Shown here piece by piece: positions 44,393-57,087 of a stretch of 64,000 nt of DNA (positions are counted from its first letter, which is position 1; each line of letters begins with the position of its first letter). The DNA is from Octopus vulgaris (Eukaryota), in assembly GCA_951406725.2 (NCBI GenBank), contig OX597837.1, positions 7,998,001-8,062,000 on the forward strand, in the 5' to 3' direction. A program made the translations under genes and the position numbers. The notes under the pieces are model-generated. The model had not been told where the DNA came from. It did not search any database and saw only the letters and a program-made list of their open reading frames with translations.

Positions 44393-44958
44393 TGTTAACG
44401 CGGCGAAGAGAAAAATCAATAAACACAGAAGCCTGGTCGGCTGCTTTCAGCTTGTGCCGGTCGTGGTCGAGACGTCAGGTATTCTGGAACCTCGTATTAC
44501 CGATTTCCTCCGCAAAATTGTGCTAACAGCGGCCCGTCGAAGAAAATGAGCCTCGCGTGGTGGAGTGAGTACTGCAGCGACGCGACACTGGCCCTCGTCT
44601 GTGGCAACGCTATCGCGATGTGGAGGCACATGGCCTAGTGGTTAGAGCAGCGGACACGCGGTCGAGGGATCGCGGGTTCGAATCTCAGACCGGATGATGT
44701 GTGTGTTTTTGAGTGAAAACATCTAAGCTCCATGCGTCTCCAGTAGAAGGTAATGGCGAACTTCTGCTGACTCTTTCGCCACAACTTTCTCTCATTCTTT
44801 CCTCCTGCATCTTGCAGCTCACCTGCGACGGACCGGCGTCCCGTCCAGGTGGGGAACCTATACGCCAAGGAAACCAGGAAACCGGCACTTATGAGCCAGG
44901 CATGGCTCGAGAAGGAACAAACAATGCTATCGCGATCGTTACAACGGGGTACGACTGA
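44393..44958 (+). mobile_element. C-terminal RLE fragment of a CRE-like non-LTR retrotransposon, split by a SINE
   Basis: AAKRKINKHRSLVGCFQLVPVVVETSGILEP...LALVCGNAIAIV resembles the K..KY...F.P...ET.G and QRGNA motifs. Confidence 0.65.
44620..44921 (+). mobile_element. tRNA-derived SINE family E, full length, with 15-bp TSD
   Basis: A box tggcctagtgg, B box ggttcgaatct; TSD caacgctatcgcgat (44605-44619) and caatgctatcgcgat (44922-44936). Confidence 0.9.
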
Positions 44959-45282
44959 ACACCCAACTTATGCTGGGATATGTGACCCATCACCCCTTCT
45001 CCACCTCCATCTTCCGCTGCTTTAACCCCCACCCCTTAACTTGTTCTTTTTTATCTTTTTTATTTTTCTCATTTTCTCAACTCTCTTCTTTTGTCTTTCT
45101 TTGTGTCCATCTTAATCTTTCAAATTCAACTCAGCGAACAAACTAATTTATCACTTTCAAAAGTTTATTACCTTCAAATAAAAATAAAGAACGTTCTCAT
45201 TTGTATAATCCCCCGACTCTGTCATTTACTACCTCTCCCTCTCCTCCGCCTCCTCCTTTGTCTCTGTGAGTCTTTCAGTTTC

Positions 45283-45322
<40 letters not shown>

Positions 45323-45574
45323 TCCATTACTCACTGCTTACTAACACGCTTAGTAGATGCACTCATACACACCTCTCATGTGATCACGGGCTGTTTATCT
45401 CTCTTTTAGTATCTCTCACTCTCTCTCTACTTTCTCTTTATTCATTGTATAAATCGTGATTACACAAAGCAAGTAAGCAAGCGAGCGAGCAAGCAACCAA
45501 TCAACTTACCAACCAACATTTATTTATATCGGCCATCATTTTAATGAGATATTTACAAAACAAATAATCCAAAC

Positions 45575-45845
45575 GACGCCATTTTGTTTTCAAACGGGAA
45601 GTTATACGCTATTTTCTTTTCGATGCGGAAGTTTTAGCCCATTTTTTTTCTTTTAAAACGGAAGTAATGCTCCATTTTCTTTTTTCAACCGGAAGTTGCC
45701 CACCATTTTCTTTTCCAACGGAAGCTGCGTGCTGTTATCTTCACAAACGAATGCCGTATGTCATATTCTTTCTGGAAACGAAGTTCTACAAGCATTTTCT
45801 TTTCAAAAGGATCTTTTATACCATTTTCTTTTCAAGATATTTCCA
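45575..45845. repeat. Degenerate ~30-bp tandem array carrying CCATTTT and CGGAAGT motifs
   Basis: About eight units of ccattttcttttc-nnn-cggaagt, decaying to the right. Confidence 0.7.
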
Positions 45846-46289
45846 AATTATTTTTACATTTAAAAATTATCTTTTTCTCACCTCAATTCTATTTTATTAA
45901 TTTCGCAGTTTGTTTGTTTTATCCTCATTTAAATTCTTTCAATTTTTTAATAATTTTCTTATTTTATTTTCCAGTTGTTCGTGTTACTCTTGGTATTTTC
46001 CGCATTTTATTTTCTTTAAATATATCTTTTTTTCTTCGTCAAATTAATTTCATTTTCTGTGAATTACAGCAGTGAAATTTCTATTGAATCCATAGAAAAT
46101 TTTACGAAAGCACAAAAAAACCAAAAAAAAAAAACCACACAAAATCCTCCCGTCCTCGCCCCCCCCGTAACACCTCTCAATATCTTTGCATTTTCATTCA
46201 TTACTAATCATTCATTTATTTATTCATTCAAATAATCATCCACTCATTCATTTGGGTATTCAATCAACCTTTGCATTTATCATTACCGC

Positions 46290-46347
<58 letters not shown>

Positions 46348-46357
46348 GTTATTATTG

Positions 46358-46392
<35 letters not shown>

Positions 46393-46585
46393 GTTGTTAT
46401 TATTGTTATTATTATTATTATTGTTATTGTCATTATTATTGTTGTTATTATTATTGTTGTTGTTGCTGCTGTTGTTATCATCATCATTATTATCAGTGTC
46501 ATCATCATCATCATCCTCATTATTATTTTTATTAATAGTCATCATCATAATTTTTATTATTTTTTATCACTATTATATTTTTGTC

Positions 46586-46654
<69 letters not shown>

Positions 46655-46793
46655 CAACATTACCATCATCATCATCATCATTATTATTACTATCATTATT
46701 GTTATTATTTTATTTTTTTATTATTATTATAAGGTTTTATTATCATCATCATCATCATTATCATCATCATCATTATTATTATCATCATCATCC

Positions 46794-46863
<70 letters not shown>

Positions 46864-46885
46864 CATTATTATTATTATTATTATC

Positions 46886-46944
<59 letters not shown>

Positions 46945-47293
46945 CATCATCACTTTATTTGCAGAAATTATTTTCCTTGTTGTTGTTGTTATTACTACTA
47001 TTATATAACCGTTGATTTGTTTTAGAGTTTTGCATTGGTTAATTAGAGGGCTACGTGTTGCTTAATTAAACCTGTTTCACTTATTTATCATACATGTGCT
47101 TTTTAATTAGAAAAGCGACAGAGAGAGGGAGAGAGAGAGAATGAGAGAGAGACAGACAGATAGACGGACTGAAAGACAAGAGATATAGAGAAAGAGAGGG
47201 GTGGCGGTGGGAGGAAGAATGGAGGAGGTTTGCGGTTAGAGATTACGCTTATGTGTTGACTTTAAATTAAATCTGTGTGTGTGTGTTTGTGTA

Positions 47294-47372
<79 letters not shown>

Positions 47373-47695
47373 CAAAGAAAGAGAGAGTATGTATTTATGA
47401 ATGGATAACTGACCGATTAATAAATACAGAGAACCTCATACGACCTGTTTGCAATTTAGACATCTATCAAAATCACCTTTCTCTCTCTCTCTCCCTCTCT
47501 CCCGGTTTTCGTTCTATAGCCCCCTGTGTCTTAGTATATATATATATATATATATATAAACACACACACACATTTATACACGTGCATGTACACATACATA
47601 TAAATATATATATATATATGTGCATTATATATATGTATATATATATGTGTGTGTATATATATATATATGCTTGTATGTTTATGTGTGTATATATA

Positions 47696-47745
<50 letters not shown>

Positions 47746-47825
47746 CATATATATATATTATATATATGTATATACATATATATATACATGTATATATATA
47801 TATATATGTATACACACACACACAT

Positions 47826-47877
<52 letters not shown>

Positions 47878-48318
47878 GTATGCAAATATATTATATACAA
47901 ATATTATGCGTGTTTGTGTTTGTGTGTGTATTTCGTTCACTGTTTCAATAGCCACCTCTGTCTTTCTCTCTCTCACTCTCTATCTATCGATCTCTTTCTC
48001 CCTCTCTCTATCAATCTATCTCTGTTTTAATCAGTCATACTGTCTAGCTATTTAATTAACTAATTTAAAGAAAGAGAAAGAGAGAGAGAGAGATAGAAAG
48101 GGAGAGAAGGAATACGAGAGAGAAAGTAAGAGTGAGAGAGAGTGAAAGAGTGAGAGAGAGAAAGAAGGAATGATTTGATTTGATAATTAACTATGTTTTT
48201 TTTTATTTGCCTGTATTACATTTATTTAATTATTTATTAGTGAGTTTATCTATTTTGTGTTTGAAAGGTGAAAGATAGAGGCAGACATACAGACATACAG
48301 ACTTACAGACAGACAAAC

Positions 48319-48377
<59 letters not shown>

Positions 48378-48379
<2 letters not shown>

Positions 48380-48650
48380 GGAGTAAACACATAAATGTGA
48401 AACAAGGTGGAAAAAAGAGTACTCAAATACCAGTGGTAGAGTAATATGCTTTATTTTAAGCAGCAGAAAATTCAACAAAATCTGTTACTCTGAGTTTCTC
48501 GTTGCCGTTCATCAGACAGTTTTTGCTAGAATGGAACTGATATATCAATTCAATCTATATCAGTTCCATTCTAGCAAAAACTGTCTGATGAACGGCAACG
48601 AGAAACTCAGAGTAACAGATTTTGTTGAATTTTCTGCTGCTTAAAATAAA

Positions 48651-48651
<1 letters not shown>
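48378..48651. mobile_element. Family P4 long fold-back with a hammerhead motif on each strand
   Basis: 96-bp arms 48449-48544 and 48556-48651, 11-nt loop, tail 48378-48448, (TA)n on both sides. Confidence 0.88.
48581..48618 (+). ncRNA. Minimal type I hammerhead motif (mirror copy at 48482-48519 on the minus strand)
   Basis: CUGU-CUGAUGA-A CG(GCAA)CG A-GAAA-CUCAGAGUA^ACAG; canonical core, very short stem II. Confidence 0.75.
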
Positions 48652-48709
<58 letters not shown>

Positions 48710-48737
48710 CATATATATACACACACACGCATATATC

Positions 48738-48974
48738 TCTTTTACTATTTTACTCTTTTACTTGTTTCAGTCATTTGATTGCGGCCATGCTGGAGCACCG
48801 CCTTTACTCGAGCAACTCGACCCCGGGACTTATTCTCTGTAAGCCCAGTACTTATTCTTATCGGTCATTTCGCCGAATCGCTAAGTGATGGGGACATAAA
48901 CACACCAGCATCGGTTGTCAAGCAATGCTAGGGGTCTAGCACACACACAAATACACACACACGCACACACACAT

Positions 48975-49035
<61 letters not shown>

Positions 49036-49192
49036 CGACGGGCCTCTTTCAATTTCCGTCTACCAAATCCACTCACAAGGCTTTGGTCGGCCCGAGGCTA
49101 TAGTAGAAGACACTTGCCCAAGGTGCCACGCAGTGGGATTGAGCCCGGAACCATGTGATTGGCAAGCAAGCTACTTACCACACAGCCACTCC
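48738..49192 (-). mobile_element. SINE family A, full length
   Basis: Reverse complement of 17610-18026. Confidence 0.92.
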
Positions 49193-49245
49193 TATAGATA
49201 GGTAAATAGATAGATAGACAGATAGATAGATAGATATATAGATAA

Positions 49246-49279
<34 letters not shown>

Positions 49280-49329
49280 GGATAGATAGATAGACAGATA
49301 GATAGATAGATAGATAGATAGATTGATAT

Positions 49330-49401
<72 letters not shown>

Positions 49402-50038
49402 CAGAGTGAGAGAGGAGAGAGTGTCTCTGTGTTGGTGGTCGAGTTGTTGATATGGTTGGCATTTCTTTTCTTGTCAATGTTCAACAAAACAGTTTCGAAT
49501 TCCCCTCTTCGTTACCAAGAAATACTAACCATTTAATCCGGTATACGCAACCGAGGTCGTATTAAATTCTAATAGTCAACCATGCAACCATTTAACGGGT
49601 ATAAACCGTTGATAGACAAGTTACTGTAGTACTGGTTAGGAAATAACGTCTTTTATAGATGTGCAGTGTTGAAAAACAGAATATAAGTATCAGGGAGACG
49701 AAAAATCGCCTCAGAAGTGGCGAGTGTAATATGCTAGATGCATTTCGCTGTTTTGGGCCCTTTTCAATGATGTCTACCTACAGCCAGCCACATGCCCAGA
49801 TGAGAATTCATCATTTGTAAGGTAGAAAACAGCTAATAAAACATTCTCTGATGCTGCGTATAGCTGCCCGGCTCGACACTCAACAGGCTCCATTTCACAC
49901 TTGACTCAGTTCAAACACCTGCAAATCAGAAACCACAATTAGTTCAGAGCTGTAATTTGTCACTTAATCTATAGAGATATAAATAATTGCACAAACAACT
50001 GCAAGTGAGTCAGGGGCATTATTTATTGAACGTCCCTC

Positions 50039-50074
<36 letters not shown>

Positions 50075-50087
50075 TTATGAGTGTATG

Positions 50088-50142
<55 letters not shown>

Positions 50143-50154
50143 GCACTTTCGAGT

Positions 50155-50808
50155 GCTACTGGTAACGTGTAGCCCAGTACAACCTGTTGCATGGTCGGGT
50201 CGTCGGCGACTAAACCGGCAACCCCACCAAGCTTGCTTGGTGAGGAGGGTGTTTATTGGACACTCTGCGGGATGAAAAACAAAACCCGTCAAGGGGCGAA
50301 GGAACTCTTGAGAGTCAACGGCCATCCAATAAATGTGTAGCTTTTTTTCTTTCTTAAGGCTTAAGGCTGTATCATGCGCGGGGACATAGAAATAATCGGA
50401 CTGAATAACCGATCGCGCAGTTAAACCATTGGGAGTGAAGGACTCCTAGCCTTTGTTAGGGCATCCTTCTAGGAGAAGGTAACTCAGGTAACTGGGATAA
50501 CTCCGACATAAAACCTGCGGCTCAGTGGTTACCGATGATGTTGACTTGTTCTTCTTTTCGGATTATGGCTGCTGTTGCTTAGTGAGTGGGATTGACGCAG
50601 TGCATAGCCTTTCCTCACTTTAAAAAAAATCTTGCACAGGCATTGCACGATAACAACATTGTTTATGATTGTTGATGGTGCTGTGAGTCTCAACTGAATG
50701 GCTTGCTGTAGTTTTAAAAAGCAAATAAAAGTCACATTCGATCACAGCACCAATAACAGTTAAGCTACGTGCAATGGCCATACTCGATAACGAGGGGGCA
50801 GCCATCAC
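50155..50808 (+). mobile_element. Probable non-autonomous RTE derivative (5' UTR-like part joined to a 3' tail)
   Basis: RTE-UTR-like gggcatccttctaggagaaggtaactc...aaaacc; RTE-tail-like atggccatactcgataacgagggggcagccatc; no ORF. Confidence 0.45.
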
Positions 50809-50844
<36 letters not shown>

Positions 50845-50846
<2 letters not shown>

Positions 50847-51157
50847 CGGAGATGTACTCGCATAGCAAGTAATTTGATCTGAGATCGTGTGCTGAAACGA
50901 AAACAATTGCAGCGTGGAAGGTGTTTGTAAGCCATTTAAGAAACGCATAAAAGCCGTTCGATTCACTTCAACATTTAAGTTTAATTTGTCAAAATATTTT
51001 CGTCGCTAAGATGCAGCACGGATTTTTGTCAGTGAACAGGTCGCGGATTTTAGCGACGAAAATATTTTGACAAATTAAACTTAAATGTTGAAGTGAATCG
51101 AACGGCTTTTGTGTGTTTCTTAAATGGCTTATAAACACCTTCCACGCTGCAATTGTT
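50845..51157. mobile_element. Family P5 (TA)n-flanked fold-back
   Basis: 108-bp arms 50902-51009 and 51050-51157, tail 50845-50901. Confidence 0.85.
51025..51074 (+). ncRNA. Type I hammerhead fold with G3-C8 compensatory core
   Basis: UUUGUCA-GUGAACA-G-GUCGC(GGAUUUUA)GCGAC-GAAA-AUAUUU^UGACAAA; 7-bp stem I, 5-bp stem II, palindromic stem III. Confidence 0.72.
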
Positions 51158-51179
51158 ATATATATATATATATATATAT

Positions 51180-51449
51180 ATCACCGTGACCGACCAGACT
51201 ATGAGGTGTTGCTACACATCGCTGGTCATAATGCGCTTCGCGTTGTTTTAGCCTTCAAATGACGCCACCCCGTTGGCTAAGCGAGCAGGCCAACAGAAGA
51301 AAGAATGAGAGAAAGTTGTAGCGAAAGAATACAGCAGGAATCGCCACCATCCCCTGCCGGAGCCTCGTGGAGCTTTAGGTGTTTTCGCGCAATAAACACT
51401 CGAAACCGCGATCTTACGACCCTGTGTACGCTGCCCTAACCACTGGGTC
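51180..51449 (-). mobile_element. SINE family D
   Basis: Matches 43784-44081. Confidence 0.85.
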
Positions 51450-51904
51450 ATATATATATATCCACACAACTACTGCGTTATCTAGGTTACAAACGATTCC
51501 CCCTCACGGCGTGAATTCAATTTAGCTTGAGAGAGACTTGGCTATTATTTCTTGCATGGCAATTCACCACATGTAGCCACCCCGCCCTCATTAGCTTCAC
51601 GTAGGAGTCAGGTGTTAATATTGACCTCACTCCTTGTAGCACCTGGTTGAGTTTTGGCTAATTAAGGTGATGCTATTTAGGTGTTTAGTCCACGAGGCTT
51701 TTCGACCTGTCCAGCCACCGCTAAATATTGGACATCCTCTTAATATATTCCAGCCTAATTAGATAAAGTTAATTAAAGTAACTAATTAATAATTAACGAA
51801 TGATTTGGCAGTGTATTTCAGCGTCGAATAGAATAATTTTTGTAGGATTTGTGTCCGGCTCTCTGCGTTCTGGGTTCAAATACTGCCGAGGTCAAATTTA
51901 CTGC

Positions 51905-52134
51905 GTATCAGCCTCGCTTTTCCATCCCACCGATGTTATCCAAGGGAAAAGCAAAGGGGCCGATACAGCTTGGCACCTGTGACGTCACAACTCATTTCTG
52001 CAGCTGAGTGAACTGGAGCAACGTGAAATAAAATGTCTTGCTCAAGAATACAACATACAGCCCGGCCCAGGAATCGAACTCACTACTTCATGATTATCAG
52101 CCCAACGCTCTAGCCACTGAGCCATGCGCCTTCA
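51905..52134 (-). mobile_element. SINE family C, partial
   Basis: Reverse complement of 1218-1450. Confidence 0.8.
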
Positions 52135-52157
52135 CTTCGCATAACAACTTATATATA

Positions 52158-52389
52158 TTTCTTTATTGCCCACAAGGAGCTAAACATAGAGGGGACTAAC
52201 AAGGACAGACAAACGGAACAAGTCGATTACATCGACCCCAGTGCGCAACTGGTACTTTATTTATCGACCCCGAAAGAATGAAAAGCAAAGTCGACCTCGT
52301 CGGAATTTGAACTCACAACAACGTAACGACAGACGAAATACGGCTACGCATTTCGCCCGGCGTGCTAACGTTTCTGCCAGCTCGCCGCC
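52158..52389 (-). mobile_element. SINE family B
   Basis: Reverse complement of 6261-6490. Confidence 0.85.
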
Positions 52390-52442
52390 AATATGTTCTG
52401 GATATTTCGCTTGTTTCCGCCCATCTACATCTTCATCCGCTG

Positions 52443-52482
<40 letters not shown>

Positions 52483-52622
52483 TACTTGGAGGATAAGAAA
52501 CGACGCGAGGCGCTCAGTCATATAATAACAATTTAACAAATAAAACATATGCATACATACATAGATACATATATGTACATACCTACATTTATATGTATAT
52601 ATACATGCATATATATATATAC

Positions 52623-53123
52623 GTCAGCTACTGGGAAAGACTGAAGGTATTAAACCTCTTCTCCCTGGAGCGGAGGCGGGAGAGATATGCAGTGATATAC
52701 ATCTGGAAAATCCTGGAGGGTCTTGTCCCAAACTTTGGCATTCAAAGTTACTCCAACCGCAGAACGGGGCCCCGCTGCGTGGTGCCAAGGATTCCAACAT
52801 CACTATCAAAGTACAGGTCCAGATACTGCAACAGCTTGGGTTTCAGAGGACCACAGCTCTTTAACATCCTCCCTAAATGCCTGAGAGACTTACATGGTGT
52901 GGATGTGGGTTTCTTTAAAACTAAACTGGATCTCTTCTTGTTGGGAGTCCCAGATGAACCTACCTCACGACAGGAGACACGGATGCGGGCAGCAGCATCG
53001 AACTCCCTTGTTGATCAAGTGCCACGTATCAGAGGTGGATTCACAAATTAGTGTAGCTCATTCAGCGGTGGTGCCCCAGTATGGCCGCGGCCTTCGGGCT
53101 AAAACATTTTTAAGGATTTAAGG

Positions 53124-53128
<5 letters not shown>
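52623..53128 (+). mobile_element. 3' end of a CR1-like LINE (open C-terminus plus 3' UTR with ttaaggat repeats)
   Basis: SYWERLKVLNLFSLERRRERYAVIYIWKILEGLVPN...GPQLFNILP...FKTKLDLFLLGVPDEP...SNSL. Confidence 0.9.
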
Positions 53129-53203
<75 letters not shown>

Positions 53204-53223
53204 TTATATATATATATAAATAC

Positions 53224-53382
53224 ATGGGTACAGGACACCACGAATAAACGTAGAACACAACGAGAAACGAAAACACAAAAACGTCTTCTACTCTGTTTTT
53301 TCGTTGTTAAAAAAAGCCCGTTTCCTTGTTTTTATGTCTTCGTTTCTCGTTGTGTTCTACGTTTATTTGTGGTGTCCTGTAC

Positions 53383-53386
<4 letters not shown>
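53224..53386. mobile_element. (TA)n-flanked fold-back, no hammerhead visible
   Basis: 59-bp arms 53224-53282 and 53328-53386, 45-nt spacer. Confidence 0.75.
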
Positions 53387-53426
<40 letters not shown>

Positions 53427-53603
53427 ATATATGTATATATGTATATATATATGCATGTATATATACATGTAGATGTAGGTATGTACATATATGTATGTAT
53501 GTATGCATATGTTTTATTTGTTAATTGTTATTATATATATTTATATATATATATATATATACAGGGTGGCTGTATATTATATATAAAGAAATATATATAT
53601 TTA

Positions 53604-53808
53604 CAGGGTGGCTGTAAAGCCTGGTTACATAGGTAAAGCGCATACTTCCACCAACTTTTCTCAGTTACTCTAATGAATAACATTTTCAACATGGCTTCCA
53701 CCAACAGTGCTGCGAAGCTCCATCCGCTTTGCGAGATTCACATGAACCGGATTCAGTAACTCCACATTTCCGTCCATTTGAGCACGTCCGGATTTCACGG
53801 TCACCCTC
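53604..53808. mobile_element. Old Tc1/mariner-type MITE
   Basis: TA-cagggtggctgtaaagcctgg ... ccggatttcacggtcaccctc-TA, degenerate TIRs. Confidence 0.45.
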
Positions 53809-54026
53809 TATAAGCGGCAGCACACACACACACACACACACATTTGGTTTTTCATGAATGTCTGACTTCCAGAAACGCTAAGTGGGTAAAGATAGAATGT
53901 AGAATATGGAACAGATATTTATTTCCATCTGTGACTTGGTTTTATTTTCAATAATATTTCTATGAATTAGCGGTATGCATAATATGCACACAGACATAAG
54001 TACATGTATGTATGTATGTATGTATG

Positions 54027-54060
<34 letters not shown>

Positions 54061-54258
54061 TGTATGTATGTATGTATGTATGTATGTATGTATGTATTTA
54101 TGTATGTATGTATGTATGTATTTATGTATGTATGTATGCATGTATGTATGTATGTATATATGTATGTATGTATGTACGTACGAATGTATGTATATATCTA
54201 TGTATTTATGTATGCATGTATGTATGTACGAATGTATGTATGTATGTATCTATATCTA

Positions 54259-54329
<71 letters not shown>

Positions 54330-54331
54330 AC

Positions 54332-54363
<32 letters not shown>

Positions 54364-54412
54364 TCATATTTGCGGTTATATTTTTGCATATAAACGCAAA
54401 TGTATGTAGTCA

Positions 54413-54520
<108 letters not shown>

Positions 54521-54876
54521 GTGTGTGTATGTGTCTGATGTGTCTGGATATATGTATATATATATATATGTACAAGTGCATGTATAAATATGTCGATATG
54601 TACATATATGCACACATATATACGCATGTGTATGTATGCATGGATGTATCAAAGCGTACATTTCTATACACATATATACCTACAAATATATATGTATTAG
54701 TATATATATTTCGTATATATACATATATATATATATAGATGTAGGTATGTATATTTATGTAAGTATACATATGTAGCGCGTATGTGCATACATATATGCA
54801 TACACACATGTACATATATATATATATAAATATATGCATGTATATATATATGTATACATACATACATACATACATA

Positions 54877-54919
<43 letters not shown>

Positions 54920-55129
54920 TAAATGGAGTGTAGGAAGATAAAGAGAAAGGGAGAGAGAGAGAGAAAGAGAGGGTGAGAGAGGGAGGGGTGGGGAGAGGGA
55001 GAGACCTCATTAATGTCAACATTAGATTCAACAGTCGCCCAGCAACGCCACCTATCCTCTCTCCCGTCGCTTCGTATCATCTCGGTGTCTGGAGAGAGTT
55101 TATCGATTGTCTGCGACATAATCCAGCTC

Positions 55130-55183
<54 letters not shown>

Positions 55184-55265
55184 TACACACACATATACAT
55201 ACACACACGAACATATACCCGTACGCACATACACACGCGTATACCCAGGGGAAAAGAAGATATGA

Positions 55266-55417
55266 CATCATCATAATCATCATCATCATCATCGTAACCA
55301 CCATCATCATCATCATCGTCGTTTCCATCATCATCATCATCGTAACCATCATCATCATCATCATCATAATCATCATCATCATAATCATCATCATCATTAT
55401 CATCATCATCATCGTCG

Positions 55418-55455
<38 letters not shown>

Positions 55456-55915
55456 GTCGTCGTCATCATCATCATCATCATCGTAACCATCATCATCATC
55501 ATAATCATCATCATCATCATCATCGTCGTCGTCATCATCATCATCATCATCATCATCGTAACCATGATCATCATCATCGTAATCATCATTATCATCATTG
55601 TCATCGTCATCATCATCATCATCATCATTATCATCATCATCATCATCATCATCAAAATCATCATCACCACCACCACCACCACCACCACCACCACCACCAC
55701 CACCACCACCACCACCACCACCACCACCACAACCACCATCATCATCATCATCATCCCCAACATCATCATCATCATCATTATCAGCAGCAGTAGCACCAGC
55801 AGCAACATCCCTACCAATACCATCGTGGCTGTCATCAGCACCACGGTAATCGTCGTCCTCGTCGTCTTCATCATCATAACCACGATGACCATGATGGTGA
55901 TGATGATGATGATCC
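55266..55915. repeat. (CAT)n/(CAC)n compound trinucleotide repeat
   Basis: Direct reading. Confidence 0.92.
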
Positions 55916-56125
55916 ACATCATCAGGTGTGTTCTTAGACCATATAAGAGGTGGACATTCCTCTTGTCCAGTGGTTTAGTGGAGACATATCCGCTGGGCAG
56001 ATGAGATTCAACAAATGTCTACGACTTTTGTTCTCTAACGCAGAGAATGCTATTACACACACACACAAGCACATATGCGTGTGTGTGTGTGTGTGTGTGT
56101 ATGTGTGTGTGTGTAGTGTATGTAT

Positions 56126-56247
56126 GTCTGTCCCTTTCTGTCGAGGAGCGCAGGCTCGAAGCGGCAAAGACTCCATTTCTCCTGGAATACGCTTGCTTTT
56201 TGTTCCCACAGATGACTCTGTCTTTTGTTTGCTGGACAATTGAACTA
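56126..56247 (+). mobile_element. Diverged P1-related hammerhead remnant
   Basis: 56134-56169 CUUU-CUGUCGA-G-GAGC(GCAG)GCUC-GAAG-CGGC-AAAG. Confidence 0.55.
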
Positions 56248-56282
56248 TACACACACGCACACACACACGCATGCACACACAT

Positions 56283-56313
<31 letters not shown>

Positions 56314-56540
56314 AATATAAATACATATATATATATACAAATATACATATATATATATACGCACATATATATACATATATTTATACATACACATATATAC
56401 ATATGTATATATATATATATATATACTTACATATATATATATATATATATATACTTATATATATATATATATATATTGATAGATAGATAAATAAATAGAC
56501 ACTAACATAAATACATAGCTAGATAGATAAACAGGTAGAC

Positions 56541-56591
<51 letters not shown>

Positions 56592-56628
56592 TAGATAGAG
56601 AGAGAGAGAGAGATAGAGAAAGAGTGGC

Positions 56629-56675
<47 letters not shown>

Positions 56676-57087
56676 ACGGTTCTACACATGCTATTAATAT
56701 TTAGAAATAGCTGAATATTGTGAAATCTCTGGCTCTGAAAGAAAAGCAAAAACAACAAAAAAAGAAGAAATTATCAATATAATGTGTTAAGAATATCTTA
56801 TAGAATTCCATTTAACATTCATAGATAATTATTACCCTCGACTTACACAATGAAATATTGGTGCGATAGGAACTCTTAAATTTGGAGCATTGTCCTAGTG
56901 ACCTCTTACTCACGACAGAAAGACTTGTCGATTCCGAGAAATCGTCGAAAGGTGAAACTCAATAAAAATAAAAATTGTGGAACAGATGGAATTTGGTAAT
57001 AAAATAAAAATTGGCTTAAGCGGATTATGGCACTACTTGGTGACATTCTGTCATTTCACCACCCTAGTATTGGCACTAATGGGGTAT

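Noticed and set aside
50158-50230. HDV-like ribozyme at the 5' end of the RTE-like element
   Set aside because: A P4-like hairpin followed by CUAA is present, but P1, P3 and L3 could not be assigned.
54697-56004. 406-aa Asp/Gly/His-rich ORF and overlapping ORFs
   Set aside because: Trinucleotide-repeat artefacts, open in several frames and running into dinucleotide repeats.
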